Counted from the stretch's first letter, positions 9,765 through 19,545 are shown. The stretch is 59,738 nt of DNA from Pseudomonadota bacterium (GCA_039795515.1 JBDKLR010000035.1:1-59738); one strand, 5' to 3'. Program-made: numbers and translations. The notes: generated from the letters alone by a model not told the origin.

Positions 9765-12252
9765 ATTGGCCAAATCGGCTGGGGGCGAGTTTGAAAGGTT
9801 CTCGCAAATTTTGGTAGCGAGAGATGTTGTCTCTGACCGAGGCAATGTTGCCCACGCCCAGTTTGGAAAAATCGTTGAGCTCCAATTGGAACATCAAGCG
9901 GGTGGTCGCGCTGTTGAGCGACACCTGGCTGCGCGTCATGGCAAAACGGCCGACCCAACAACCGGCGTCGTATTCCAAGCCCAGCAAGGTGTCGACCAAG
10001 CGCTTTTCTTGCAAGTTGTAATTGAAACGGCCCAGGCTGTACCAGCGCTGATCGCCCAAGCCGCGGCCTTGCTGCAGATCGACGCCCTTGTCGCCCCACA
10101 GGTCGTTGATCGGCCACTGCCAAGACATGTCCGCAGTCTCTGACGAGGCGCGCTGATGGCGGTAGGCGGCGCTCAGCACACGGTACCCACTGGGGTTGTA
10201 GCGCGCGGCCAGCGACTCGCGCTCGGAGCGGGCAAATTCAGGGTTGTATTGCACGATGCTGTCGACCGAGAAACGTGGCGTGAAATTGAAGCTGGCACCG
10301 GCCAAGATGTCGCTGTAGGTCGCGGTCAAAGGGACATCGGTGGGCGTCAACAACACCCGCTGATCACTCAAGCGAAAGCGCTGCGCCAGTCCAAACCGAG
10401 CCCCTTCGGCCCCTGTGTCTGGGTTGAGCAGTCGCGAGGTGGCGCCCACCGTGAACGTGTGGGTGTCTGAAATTCGGTCATTGCCCGAAAAAGCGTTTTC
10501 GGTGAACACCGTGGCGAAGTTGAAGTCATTGAAGCCGGTGTCGTAATTGGGCAAGTCGTTTTGGGTGCGGTAAGGGGTGTTCACGTAAAAAGCGCGCGGC
10601 TCGAGGGTCTGAGTCCAGTTCAAGCCCAGCAGGCTGGTGCGCCGCTCGAACACCGCACCCGTGTCCAGGCTGAAGGTGGGCACGCCCACTTGCCCTGTGT
10701 CACTGGGCGTGCTGTTGCCGTAGATGCCCCGGTAAGAACTGTCGTATTGGTATTGACGCGCTTGCAACAACAGCTTGGGCGTGACGTAGCCATAGGGCAC
10801 CAGCGTCGGTCGACTCAGCTGGGTTTGCAGCACCACCCGGTTGGCGTTGGGCTGGTTGCAATAGGCGTTGCCGCTGTTGGCGCCGCAAAAAAAGCTGCGG
10901 TCCACGCTGAAGCGCGTCAACTCGCCACCGACGTTCCAATCGAAACCGCCGGGCAAATTGCTGCGCAAATAATTGGCGTTGATTTGAGGCAAGCGGTCAA
11001 AGGGCGCGGCAATCGATGTGCTGGCATCGGCGTCTTGCAAGGTTTGCCACCTTTGCACACTGACCGTGCTGCTGAAAGTACCGCTGGCCCAGCCCAAGCT
11101 GGCGCTGTTGGACAAAATGCGTTGCGCCAACGGGTCGCCAGAGCTGCTGGCGAAGTCCCGCCAATAGTTGGCGTCGCTCACCCGGTTCAAGTTGAAGACC
11201 AAAGAAATGGGCTGGCTGGCATTGCCCCAACCCGTGTGTTGGTGGCTGTAGCCCCAGCGTGATTGGTTGCGCAACTCGTCCACTGGCATCAATTCCAAAC
11301 GCGCCGTACCGACAAAAGGCGGTTGCGGCACGTTGCGCTCCATGTAGCGGAATTCATTGCTCAGTTTCAAACCTCGGCGGGTCATGGGCGTGGCGGTGAT
11401 GGTCAGGTCCCGGTTGGGTGCGAGATTGACGTAGTAGGGCACGCTCATTTCCACACCACCCAAACTGTCCAAACCAAAGGTGGGCGGTAAAAAACCCGAT
11501 TTGCGTTCATCACTCAGTGGGAAGCTGAACGAAGGCACGGGCAAGATGGGCACGCTTTTGAAAATCAAGGCCGCATCGCTGGCCACGCCCTCGTTGCGGT
11601 CCATGTCAAAGGTGATTTGCTCGGCCTGCATGAACCAGTCGGGCATCCATGAAGGCCCTGGTTTGCGGGTGCAGGTGGTGTAAGTGGCTTTTTTGGCGCT
11701 GGCGTGCTTGTCGTCCACGAAGTCCATGCGCTCGGCCTCTCCGTGGCCTTGGGTGCGCAAGAACTGGTAGCGCGGTTTCAAGATGAAGCCTTGCATCGCG
11801 TCCACCTGCAAGTCCAACAACGCACCCTCGTAGCGATTGCCTGCCCGGTTCAGATAGACCTGGCCACTGGCCTTGGCCTGGTCTTGCTGTTGCCGGTACT
11901 CGATGCTGTCGGCGCGAATCAAGGTGTCGCCTCGGCGCAATTGCACACGGCCTTGCAACAGGGTTTCCACATCGGGGCGGCCAGAGATGTGGTCGCTGTC
12001 CACATAAGTGGGTTGCCCTTGCCGATCGGCGCTGCTGGGTCTTTCAGGCAGTGCTGCGCTCGGTTGCAATTTCAAGGCTGGCCCCGGCCCCTGGGGCGCT
12101 GGTTGTGCGTTGCTGGGCGGTTTGAGCAAACTGTCCAAGGCTTCGCTGGACCGCAGCTGGGCGGTCTGCGCCCAGGCCTGTGAAGCGCTGAGCCAAATAC
12201 CGATCAAGGGCAGCAAGCCGGCAAGCATCGATGGGTGAAATGGCAGTCGCAT
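9757..12252 (-). CDS. lptD: LPS assembly outer-membrane protein LptD
   Basis: ATYTTC, RKSGFLPP, PYYVNLAPNRD, LEPRAFY, EYDAGCW, FQLEL. Confidence 0.94.
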   Translation of the reverse strand: MRLPFHPSMLAGLLPLIGIWLSASQAWAQTAQLRSSEALDSLLKPPSNAQPAPQGPGPALKLQPSAALPERPSSADRQGQPTYVDSDHISGRPDVETLLQGRVQLRRGDTLIRADSIEYRQQQDQAKASGQVYLNRAGNRYEGALLDLQVDAMQGFILKPRYQFLRTQGHGEAERMDFVDDKHASAKKATYTTCTRKPGPSWMPDWFMQAEQITFDMDRNEGVASDAALIFKSVPILPVPSFSFPLSDERKSGFLPPTFGLDSLGGVEMSVPYYVNLAPNRDLTITATPMTRRGLKLSNEFRYMERNVPQPPFVGTARLELMPVDELRNQSRWGYSHQHTGWGNASQPISLVFNLNRVSDANYWRDFASSSGDPLAQRILSNSASLGWASGTFSSTVSVQRWQTLQDADASTSIAAPFDRLPQINANYLRSNLPGGFDWNVGGELTRFSVDRSFFCGANSGNAYCNQPNANRVVLQTQLSRPTLVPYGYVTPKLLLQARQYQYDSSYRGIYGNSTPSDTGQVGVPTFSLDTGAVFERRTSLLGLNWTQTLEPRAFYVNTPYRTQNDLPNYDTGFNDFNFATVFTENAFSGNDRISDTHTFTVGATSRLLNPDTGAEGARFGLAQRFRLSDQRVLLTPTDVPLTATYSDILAGASFNFTPRFSVDSIVQYNPEFARSERESLAARYNPSGYRVLSAAYRHQRASSETADMSWQWPINDLWGDKGVDLQQGRGLGDQRWYSLGRFNYNLQEKRLVDTLLGLEYDAGCWVGRFAMTRSQVSLNSATTRLMFQLELNDFSKLGVGNIASVRDNISRYQNLREPFKLAPSRFGQYD

Positions 12253-12303
12253 GAAAGGGCTGGGCGGCTCGCAAGAGCGCTGTTTGTAGAATTTGGATTA
12301 TCC

Positions 12304-13428
12304 ATGAGCACCTCCACCCCTGACACCACCGCCGTGCCAACGCCCCAAGACGCGGTGGCCGCCTTGGGCTGGCTTGACCCCGAACGCGGTTTGCGTTTTG
12401 CCAATTGGCTCTTGGCGATCGCCCCCGATCACCAATTGCAAGCGCACACGGTGCGCGTGGCCTCTGCCGATGCCAGCTTCAGGCGTTATTTCCTGGTCAA
12501 TGGTTGGGAGGAAGGTGTCAGCCACATCCTGATGGATGCTCCTCCCGACAAAGAAAACAGCGCGCCTTTCGTGGCCATCGCGCAGTTGATGCAACAAGCC
12601 GGCTTGTTGGTTCCCCGCGTGTTGGCTTGGGACCAGACGCAGGGTTTCATGCTGTTGGACGATTTGGGCACACACACCATGATGCAGGTGTTGGACAACG
12701 CCCCCATGCCGCGTCGCCAAGCCTTGTTTGAACAAGCGGTGGACGCCTTGGTGTTGTGGCAGCAAGCCTCACGGCCCGGCGTGTTGCCCCCTTATGACCA
12801 GGCCTTGTTGCAACGTGAGTTGCAACTCTTTCCCGACTGGTATGTGGCGCAGCACAAGCAGGTGGTGTTGAGCGAAGCACAAACGCAGCAACTGCACACC
12901 GTGTTCGAACGCTTGGTGGCCCACAACCTGGCCGCGCCGCAGGTGTATGTCCACCGCGATTTCATGCCGCGCAACCTGATGGTCCCCCACAACCCCAGCG
13001 AAACCAGATTGGGTGTGTTGGATTTCCAAGACGCGGTCCATGGGCCGATCACGTATGACATCGCCAGCCTGATGCGTGACGCGTTTGTCAGCTGGGACGA
13101 AGATTTTTGTTTGGACATCACGGTGCGTTACTGGCAACAAGCCCGTGCCGCGGGCCTCATGGCCTTTGAAGATTGGGACACGGACTTTGGCGCGTTTTAC
13201 CGTGCGGTGGAATGGATGGGTTTGCAACGGCATTTGAAAGTGGCGGGCATCTTTGCGCGACTGACTTTGCGCGATGGCAAGCCCAAATACCTGGCCGACA
13301 CCCCACGTTTCATTGGCTATATGCGCGCCACAGCCAGCCGTTACCGTGAGCTCACGCCCTTGCTGCGATTGCTGGACCAGATCGAAGGCACGACGGCCGC
13401 AAGCGGTTACGCCTTCGGGCGCGTTTGA
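12304..13428 (+). CDS. amgK: Aminoglycoside-phosphotransferase family kinase, AmgK-like anomeric MurNAc/GlcNAc kinase
   Basis: DASFRRYF, HRDFMPRNL, LDFQDA, GLQRHLKVAGIFARL. Divergent from lptD as usual. Confidence 0.8.
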   Translation: MSTSTPDTTAVPTPQDAVAALGWLDPERGLRFANWLLAIAPDHQLQAHTVRVASADASFRRYFLVNGWEEGVSHILMDAPPDKENSAPFVAIAQLMQQAGLLVPRVLAWDQTQGFMLLDDLGTHTMMQVLDNAPMPRRQALFEQAVDALVLWQQASRPGVLPPYDQALLQRELQLFPDWYVAQHKQVVLSEAQTQQLHTVFERLVAHNLAAPQVYVHRDFMPRNLMVPHNPSETRLGVLDFQDAVHGPITYDIASLMRDAFVSWDEDFCLDITVRYWQQARAAGLMAFEDWDTDFGAFYRAVEWMGLQRHLKVAGIFARLTLRDGKPKYLADTPRFIGYMRATASRYRELTPLLRLLDQIEGTTAASGYAFGRV

Positions 13429-14150
13429 GCATGCACCGTTTTTACGCAGCCTGCCCATTGCACCCGGGTGACACCTTGACCCTGCCGGCCGACACCGCCC
13501 GCCATGTGCAAGTGATGCGGCTGCAACCAGGCGATGCATTGACCTTGTTCAATGGCCTGGGCGGCAGTCACAGCGCACGGGTGCTCAGCATGGGGCGGCA
13601 ACAGGTGGAAGTGGTCATCTTGCAGCATGACACCAGCGAACGTGAGTCGCTGTGCCAGACACAGCTGGTGATGGGCATGCCGGCCAACGAACGCATGGAC
13701 TGGTTGGTGGAAAAGGCCACCGAGTTGGGGGTGTCGCGCATCACACCGGTCATGACCCAACACACGGTGTTGCGACTCACCGGCGAGCGCGGCTTGAAAC
13801 GTCAAGCGCATTGGCAAGGTATTGCACAAGCGGCCTGCGCCCAGTCGGGGCGCAACCGGGTGCCACAGATCGATGCGCCGTTGTCATTGAACGATTGGTT
13901 CAAGTCATCGTCGAACGATACCCACATCGCCAAATACCTTCTGTCTTTACACACCGATGCCCGCCCTTGGCGAGCGGTTTGGGGCGCGAACGCGCCTTCC
14001 CAATTGGTGCTGCTGAGCGGGCCTGAAGGCGGCTTGAGCAGCGACGAAGAGGCGATAGCGATGGCTGCGGGGTTTGTGCCTGTGCATTTGGGTGCTCGTG
14101 TGTTGCGCTCGGAAACCGCACCCCTGGCAGTGCTGGCACAACTGCTCTGA
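13425..14150 (+). CDS. rsmE: 16S rRNA m3U1498 methyltransferase
   Basis: EKATELGV, GPEGG, LGARVLRSETAP. Confidence 0.95.
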   Translation: MSMHRFYAACPLHPGDTLTLPADTARHVQVMRLQPGDALTLFNGLGGSHSARVLSMGRQQVEVVILQHDTSERESLCQTQLVMGMPANERMDWLVEKATELGVSRITPVMTQHTVLRLTGERGLKRQAHWQGIAQAACAQSGRNRVPQIDAPLSLNDWFKSSSNDTHIAKYLLSLHTDARPWRAVWGANAPSQLVLLSGPEGGLSSDEEAIAMAAGFVPVHLGARVLRSETAPLAVLAQLL

Positions 14151-14164
14151 CCGCCGCGCTGGCC

Positions 14165-15034
14165 TCAGGCTTTTTCGACAGGAAATTGTTGGTCCAGCCA
14201 AGTGTTCATTTTGTTGAACACCAGGTGTTTTTCAGGGTCGTTGAAGATCTCGTGGTACATCACGTTGAAACACTGGCTGTGCAGCACAGCAGCAGGCGCT
14301 GCTTGGGCAAAGTCGATGCTGCCTTGCGGGTTGACCAAATGGTCTTGGCCTGCATAAATCAACAAAGCGGGGGTATCCCACGCCGGTGCTTGCTGCACCG
14401 CTTTCTCGCCTTCGCCAATGATCCAAGCCGCCAATTGGGCTGAAATCCGGTCGTGCACCAGTCTGTCTTCTCGGTATGCCCGCACCGCTTGTGCGTCTCG
14501 CGCCAGCCAAGCCAACTGCAAACCATTGCCCACACGCAGGTGAGGCAGTAGTTTGGGCATGGTGGCCAACAAGAGTTTTTGCACCGGGTTGGTGAACGCC
14601 CCGAACGCGGGTGAACTCAACACAGCCGCATCCACGCGACAGGCTTTTTCAGCCAGTGCACGCGCCACCACCAAACCACCCATGCTGTGTCCGAGCAAGA
14701 TCAAAGGTTCGCCACTTTGTGGATGCTGAATATCGGCCACCACTGCAGCCAAATCATCGACCAGTTGATGTGGCGTGGCGACCTCCCCGCGCACCCCACT
14801 GGACAAGCCATGGCCGACATGGTCAAAACCCTGCACGGCAAAACCCGCACTGGCCAATGCAAAAGCCACATGGTTGTAGCGGCCCATGTGCTCGCCCAAG
14901 CCGTGCACCAGCAGCACCTGGCCACGCGCTTGTCCTTCGGGTGCTGGCCAGTGGTAACGCGCCAGCAGGTGGTCGCCGCTCAACCAATCGCTGATGGACG
15001 GGTGAAACGCGTGTTGCGGGGCCAAGTGGGACAT
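14165..15034 (-). CDS. Alpha/beta hydrolase, lysophospholipase/monoacylglycerol lipase family
   Basis: VHGLGEH, GHGLSSG, GHSMGG nucleophile elbow, YHEIFND. Confidence 0.88.
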   Translation of the reverse strand: MSHLAPQHAFHPSISDWLSGDHLLARYHWPAPEGQARGQVLLVHGLGEHMGRYNHVAFALASAGFAVQGFDHVGHGLSSGVRGEVATPHQLVDDLAAVVADIQHPQSGEPLILLGHSMGGLVVARALAEKACRVDAAVLSSPAFGAFTNPVQKLLLATMPKLLPHLRVGNGLQLAWLARDAQAVRAYREDRLVHDRISAQLAAWIIGEGEKAVQQAPAWDTPALLIYAGQDHLVNPQGSIDFAQAAPAAVLHSQCFNVMYHEIFNDPEKHLVFNKMNTWLDQQFPVEKA

Positions 15035-15035
15035 G

Positions 15036-15629
15036 TCAATTTCCGTTTCGAATGGAGCGCAATTGAAACACAGCGGTTGCAGCACGGGCATTTGGCCAAA
15101 AGCGCACCTCACCATGTTCTTGCAGACCAAAGGCGTCTTGGATTTGCAAATGGTTTTTTTCCGCCAAGGCGCGAAAGTCCGAGAAAGTACCGACCCGGAT
15201 ATTGGGCGTGTCGTACCACTGGTAAGGCAGTTTTTTGGTGACCGGCATGTGGCCTTGCAACACACTCCAGCGGTTGGGCCAATGCGCGAAGTTGGGGAAG
15301 GTCACGATGCCCATGCGCCCGACGCGTACGGTCTCGCGCAACATGGTCTCGGCATTGCGCAAATGCTGCAAGGTGTCGATTTGCAGCACCACGTCAAAAC
15401 TTTCATCGCCAAACATCGCCAGACCTTGGTCCAGGTTGAGTTGGATCACTTGCACGCCACGTTGCACACAAGCCAGCACATTGGCGTCATCAATCTCCAC
15501 GCCATACCCACTGCAACCATGGTGTAGCTGCAAATGCGCCAACAAGGCCCCGTCGCCACATCCCAGGTCCAACACGCGGCTGCCGCGCGGCACCAGCCGC
15601 GTGATCGCGTCACGCAACACCGTGTTCAT
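15036..15629 (-). CDS. metW: Methionine biosynthesis protein MetW
   Basis: [27 protein letters not shown]. Follows metX. Confidence 0.95.
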   Translation of the reverse strand: MNTVLRDAITRLVPRGSRVLDLGCGDGALLAHLQLHHGCSGYGVEIDDANVLACVQRGVQVIQLNLDQGLAMFGDESFDVVLQIDTLQHLRNAETMLRETVRVGRMGIVTFPNFAHWPNRWSVLQGHMPVTKKLPYQWYDTPNIRVGTFSDFRALAEKNHLQIQDAFGLQEHGEVRFWPNARAATAVFQLRSIRNGN

Positions 15630-16756
15630 GATGCACCCCCGATGCTGATCCGCTCGAAATACGCACGCACCAGCGACAAATAGCGCGGGTCTTCCAACAA
15701 GAACGCGTCATGCCCATGGGGCGCGTCAATCTCCGCATAGCTGACCTGGCGCTCATTGGCGACCAAGGCCTGCACCATCTCGCGGCTGCGGGCCGGCGCA
15801 AAACGCCAGTCGGTGGTGAAACTCACCAATAAAAATTGCGCAGTGGCGCGCGCCAATGCGGCTTTGAGATCGTGTTGGTAGGCTTTGGCGGGATCGAAAT
15901 AGTCCAAGGCCCGGGTGATCAGCAAATAGGTGTTGGCATCAAAGTACTCGCTGAACTTGTCGCCTTGATAGCGCAAATAACTCTCAATTTGAAACTCGAT
16001 GTCCTGGGTGCTGTATTTCAGAGCGTCGCCACTTTGCAGCATGCGGCCAAACTTGCTGTTCATCACATCATCGCTGAGGTAGGTGATGTGACCCAACATG
16101 CGGGCGATGCGCAAACCGCGCTTGGGGACCACGTTGTGCGCGTAAAAGTGACCGCCGTGGAAATCTGGATCGGTGACGATGGCGCGCCGCGCCACCTCGT
16201 TGAAAGCGATGTTTTCCGCATTCAAATTCGGCGCACTGGCGATCACGACCGCATGCCGCACACGTGATGGAAATTGCAAGCTCCAGCTGAGTGCTTGCAT
16301 GCCGCCCAAGCTGCCACCCATCACCGCCGCGAGTTGTTCAATGCCCAAGGCGTCCAGCAAGCGCGCCTGCGCATTCACCCAGTCCTCGACCGTGACCACT
16401 GGAAAATCCGCGCCATACACCCGCCCGGTGTCGGGGTTGGTGTGCATCGGGCCGGTGGAGCCGAAACACGAACCGAGGTTGTTGACACCAATCACAAAAA
16501 AACGGTCGGTGTCCACAGGCTTGCCCGGGCCGATCATGGTGTCCCACCAACCTTCGCTTTTGTCTTGCCCGGCATAGCGCCCAGCCACATGGTGTGAAGC
16601 GTTCAAGGCATGACAAATCAACACCGCGTTGTCGCGCCTGGCATTGAGCTCGCCATAGGTCTCATAACTCAAATGGTATTGACGCAATTGACCGCCACTT
16701 TGCAACGGCAAAGGCTGTTCAAACGTCATGGACTGAGGCGTGGCAATGAGCGACAT
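15626..16756 (-). CDS. metX: Homoserine O-acyltransferase MetX (acetyl vs succinyl specificity not determined)
   Basis: [28 protein letters not shown]. Confidence 0.94.
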   Translation of the reverse strand: MSLIATPQSMTFEQPLPLQSGGQLRQYHLSYETYGELNARRDNAVLICHALNASHHVAGRYAGQDKSEGWWDTMIGPGKPVDTDRFFVIGVNNLGSCFGSTGPMHTNPDTGRVYGADFPVVTVEDWVNAQARLLDALGIEQLAAVMGGSLGGMQALSWSLQFPSRVRHAVVIASAPNLNAENIAFNEVARRAIVTDPDFHGGHFYAHNVVPKRGLRIARMLGHITYLSDDVMNSKFGRMLQSGDALKYSTQDIEFQIESYLRYQGDKFSEYFDANTYLLITRALDYFDPAKAYQHDLKAALARATAQFLLVSFTTDWRFAPARSREMVQALVANERQVSYAEIDAPHGHDAFLLEDPRYLSLVRAYFERISIGGAS

Positions 16757-16757
16757 C

Positions 16758-16793
16758 AAAAAAAATCCGGCATCGCTAAACAACGAGGCCGGA
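16758..16793 (-). terminator. Terminator-like hairpin plus U8 in the metX leader (riboswitch expression platform)
   Basis: Minus strand UCCGGC-cucguuguuuagcgau-GCCGGA-UUUUUUUU-G-AUG. Confidence 0.7.
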
Positions 16794-16804
16794 AGGGCTG
16801 ACGT

Positions 16805-16853
16805 CTTTAGCTGAACTTGTTAAAGCGCCCGCAAGCTGAAGCAAATCGGCGCT
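16805..16853 (-). ncRNA. SAM-II type riboswitch aptamer upstream of metX
   Basis: Minus strand AGCGCC-GAUUUG-cuucagc-UUGC-g-GGCGCU-uuaacaaguuc-AGCUAAAG: P1 stem plus the GAUUU, UUGC and AGCUAAA hallmarks. TATACT -10 at 16861-16866. Confidence 0.85.
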
Positions 16854-16929
16854 GTGCCAAAGTATAACCACCACGCTTGAGGGCCCTTGTGCCCACGCCC
16901 TTGAAGCTGAAAGTCGTGCAAGTTTTAAT

Positions 16930-16990
16930 TTGGTGCGCAATTTGCTTTGCTTTGGTGCGCAACCCGGTTTGCGCCTTTTTTTGCACCAAA
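16930..16990 (+). promoter_or_regulatory. Putative nitrogen-control region of amt (NtrC-like half sites, sigma54-like GG-N10-GC)
   Basis: TTGGTGCGCAA twice (16930, 16952), TGCACCA at 16982, tGGtgcgcaatttGCt at 16931-16946. Confidence 0.45.
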
Positions 16991-17017
16991 AACGTACATC
17001 AATCCCCAGGAGATCTC

Positions 17018-18220
17018 ATGGATGCACTCAAACAGGGCGCGGATGCCTTGTTCATCTTGCTTGGCGCCATCATGGTGTTGGCCATGCACGCGGGCTTTGC
17101 CTTTTTAGAACTGGGCACGGTTCGCAAGAAAAACCAGGTCAATGCCTTGGTGAAAATTTTGGTTGATTTCAGCATTTCGACCGTGGTCTATTTCGTGGTG
17201 GGCTACAGCGTGGCTTATGGGACCACGTTTTTTGTCGACGCCGCCACCCTGTCGCAACGCAACGGCTACGACCTGGTGAAGTTTTTCTTCTTGCTCACCT
17301 TCGCCGCGGCCATTCCCGCCATTGTGTCGGGCGGGATCGCCGAACGCGCTCGCTTTTACCCTCAACTGCTGGCAACTGCTGTCATTGTGGGCTTTATTTA
17401 CCCTTTCTACGAAGGCATTGCTTGGAACCAGCATTTTGGTTTTCAGGCTTGGCTGAAAGCGACCACCGGTGACGAGTTCCATGATTTCGCGGGCTCGGTG
17501 GTGGTTCATGCGGTTGGCGGTTGGATCGCCTTGCCTGCGGTCCTCTTGCTGGGTGCCAGATCGAACCGCTACAAAAAAGACGGCGCCATCTCGGCCCACC
17601 CGCCTTCGAGCATCCCCTTTTTGGCGCTGGGTGCCTGGGTGCTGTGCGTGGGTTGGTTCGGTTTCAATGTGATGAGCGCCCAAACCATCGACAAAATTTC
17701 GGGTTTGGTCGCGGTCAACAGCCTGATGGCCATGGTGGGCGGGACCTTGACCGCCTTGTGGCTGGGCAAAAACGATCCGGGGTTTGTGCACAACGGCCCC
17801 TTGGCCGGCTTGGTCGCGGTGTGCGCCGGCTCGGATTTGATGCACCCCTTCGGCGCCTTGGTCGTGGGCGGTGTGGCAGGCGCTTTGTTCGTGGTCATGT
17901 TCACCCTGACCCAAAACAAATGGAAGATCGACGACGTGCTGGGTGTTTGGCCTTTGCATGGCTTGTGTGGAACATGGGGCGGCATCGCTGCGGGTTTGTT
18001 CGGCAGCGCCAGTTGGGGCGGCTTGGGCGGTGTGAATTTGCAAGCCCAGGTCTTGGGCACCCTGTTGGGAGTGGTTTGGGCCTTGGTCAGTTCAGCGGTG
18101 CTCTATGCCATCTTGAAGGCAGTGATGGGCTTGCGCCTGAGCCAAGAAGAAGAGTTTGAAGGCGCCGACTTGAGCATTCACCAGATCAATTCCAGCCCTG
18201 AGCGCGAAACCAGTTGGTGA
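17018..18220 (+). CDS. amt: Ammonium transporter (Amt family), no adjacent glnK
   Basis: MHAGFAFLE, SGGIAER, DFAGSVVVH, DDVLGVWPLHG (both conserved His present). AGGAG SD. Confidence 0.93.
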   Translation: MDALKQGADALFILLGAIMVLAMHAGFAFLELGTVRKKNQVNALVKILVDFSISTVVYFVVGYSVAYGTTFFVDAATLSQRNGYDLVKFFFLLTFAAAIPAIVSGGIAERARFYPQLLATAVIVGFIYPFYEGIAWNQHFGFQAWLKATTGDEFHDFAGSVVVHAVGGWIALPAVLLLGARSNRYKKDGAISAHPPSSIPFLALGAWVLCVGWFGFNVMSAQTIDKISGLVAVNSLMAMVGGTLTALWLGKNDPGFVHNGPLAGLVAVCAGSDLMHPFGALVVGGVAGALFVVMFTLTQNKWKIDDVLGVWPLHGLCGTWGGIAAGLFGSASWGGLGGVNLQAQVLGTLLGVVWALVSSAVLYAILKAVMGLRLSQEEEFEGADLSIHQINSSPERETSW

Positions 18221-18390
18221 TTTTTGTGGTTTTTTGTGCTTTTGGTCCACCTGTTTGGGATAAACACTTGGTTTTGAAGCAGTTTTCTGTTTCATAATGG
18301 CTCGAACTGCGTTCATTCAAAGGGTTGACAGCGCAGTGTGTGTGGTGATCGGCTAGTTTCGCTTCTTGGCTTTCGTGGACAGGTGCAATC

Positions 18391-18428
18391 GGGACTCCAT
18401 CGCTTTTTTCTTTTTTTTATGGAGTCCC
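18391..18428 (+). promoter_or_regulatory. SD-sequestering hairpin in the RRM gene leader
   Basis: GGGACTCCAT / ATGGAGTCCC perfect 10-bp inverted repeat with an 18-nt pyrimidine-rich loop. The right arm contains the GGAG SD. Confidence 0.7.
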
Positions 18429-18431
18429 TGA

Positions 18432-18854
18432 ATGGGCAACAAACTGTACGTCGGCAACCTGCCGTATTCCGTGCGCGATGGCGACCTGGAACAATCTTTT
18501 GGTCAATTTGGCACCGTCACCAGTGCCAAGGTCATGATGGAGCGTGACACTGGCCGCTCCAAAGGCTTTGGTTTCGTGGAAATGGGCAGTGATGCAGAGG
18601 CACAAGCAGCCATCTCTGGCATGAATGGTCAACCCCTCGTTGGTCGCAGCCTGGTCGTGAATGAAGCACGTCCCATGGAGCCCCGCCCCCCCCGCAGTGG
18701 CGGCGGTGGCTATGGTGGTGGCGGCGGTGGCGGCTACGGCGGTGGTGGTGGCGGCGGTTACGGCGGCGGCGGCGGCGGTGGTCGTCGTGAAGGCGGTGGC
18801 GGTTACGGTGGTGGCGGTCGTCGTGAAGGCGGCGGCGGTCGCAACGAATACTGA
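18432..18854 (+). CDS. RRM RNA-binding protein with Gly-rich tail
   Basis: RNP2 LYVGNL, RNP1 KGFGFVEM, VNEARP, GGGY repeats. Confidence 0.95.
   Translation: MGNKLYVGNLPYSVRDGDLEQSFGQFGTVTSAKVMMERDTGRSKGFGFVEMGSDAEAQAAISGMNGQPLVGRSLVVNEARPMEPRPPRSGGGGYGGGGGGGYGGGGGGGYGGGGGGGRREGGGGYGGGGRREGGGGRNEY
18698..18840 (+). repeat. Gly-coding low-complexity repeat including a 36-bp period duplication
   Basis: GGY codon runs. ggtcgtcgtgaaggcgg at 18780 and 18816. Confidence 0.8.
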
Positions 18855-18870
18855 TCTGCTGCTATTCAAC

Positions 18871-18895
18871 AAAGGCCTCGAAAGAGGCCTTTTTT
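18871..18895. terminator. Bidirectional intrinsic terminator
   Basis: AAAGGCCTC-GAAA-GAGGCCTTT-TTT between convergent genes. Confidence 0.88.
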
Positions 18896-19545
18896 CATGG
18901 TTTCTCGTTTTCGGGGTGCAACACCACCCGGACCCGGCCGCGCATGGTCAACAACTGTTCCAAATTGTCGGCTCGAAGTTGATCGGCGCGGAAACTGTTC
19001 GCCCCTCGGGTCACCACCACGGGCAAATCGGTTTGCATGCTGTCGGTGTTGGCAAAGAAATGCAAGAACTCGCTCTTGACCGTCAGGGCCTGCGGTTGGG
19101 CTGCAGTGGATGCGCGGTACACCTGCGCCTGTCCGATCAACTGCACCTCGGAACCGTCTTCATTGCTCAAGGCCTTTTTCGCCGATGCGGAAGTGACGCG
19201 TCCATCTTTGGCATACATCAACATCTGCGGCTGCTCAACCATGGTGACCAAGGTGTCTTCGAAATGCATCGCAGAGAGCCCCGCGACGGATGACTGCAAC
19301 TGGCCTTGCAAGTTGTAGGTGTTCAAGGTGAATTGGCGCAAATCGTAATTGGCCACATGCTGGGGGGTTTTGACCGGAGTGTTGGTTAAAGGCGGCGGTG
19401 CGGTGCGTACCAACCAAGTGCTGACCAAGAGCAGCAAGCCCAACACCAACACGGGCAACCAACCCAAGACGACATCCAAGGCCCATTGCGCTTTTTGTCG
19501 CAATGTGCGCGTGCCAGGCATTCCAGGTGTCGCAAGCAAGCTCAC
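18895..19545 (-). CDS. lptC: LPS export periplasmic protein LptC
   Basis: Single N-terminal TM then beta-jellyroll-like sequence (VQLIGQAQV, SEFLHFF, GRVRVVL). Follows kdsD-kdsC. Confidence 0.85.
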   Translation of the reverse strand: MSLLATPGMPGTRTLRQKAQWALDVVLGWLPVLVLGLLLLVSTWLVRTAPPPLTNTPVKTPQHVANYDLRQFTLNTYNLQGQLQSSVAGLSAMHFEDTLVTMVEQPQMLMYAKDGRVTSASAKKALSNEDGSEVQLIGQAQVYRASTAAQPQALTVKSEFLHFFANTDSMQTDLPVVVTRGANSFRADQLRADNLEQLLTMRGRVRVVLHPENEKP

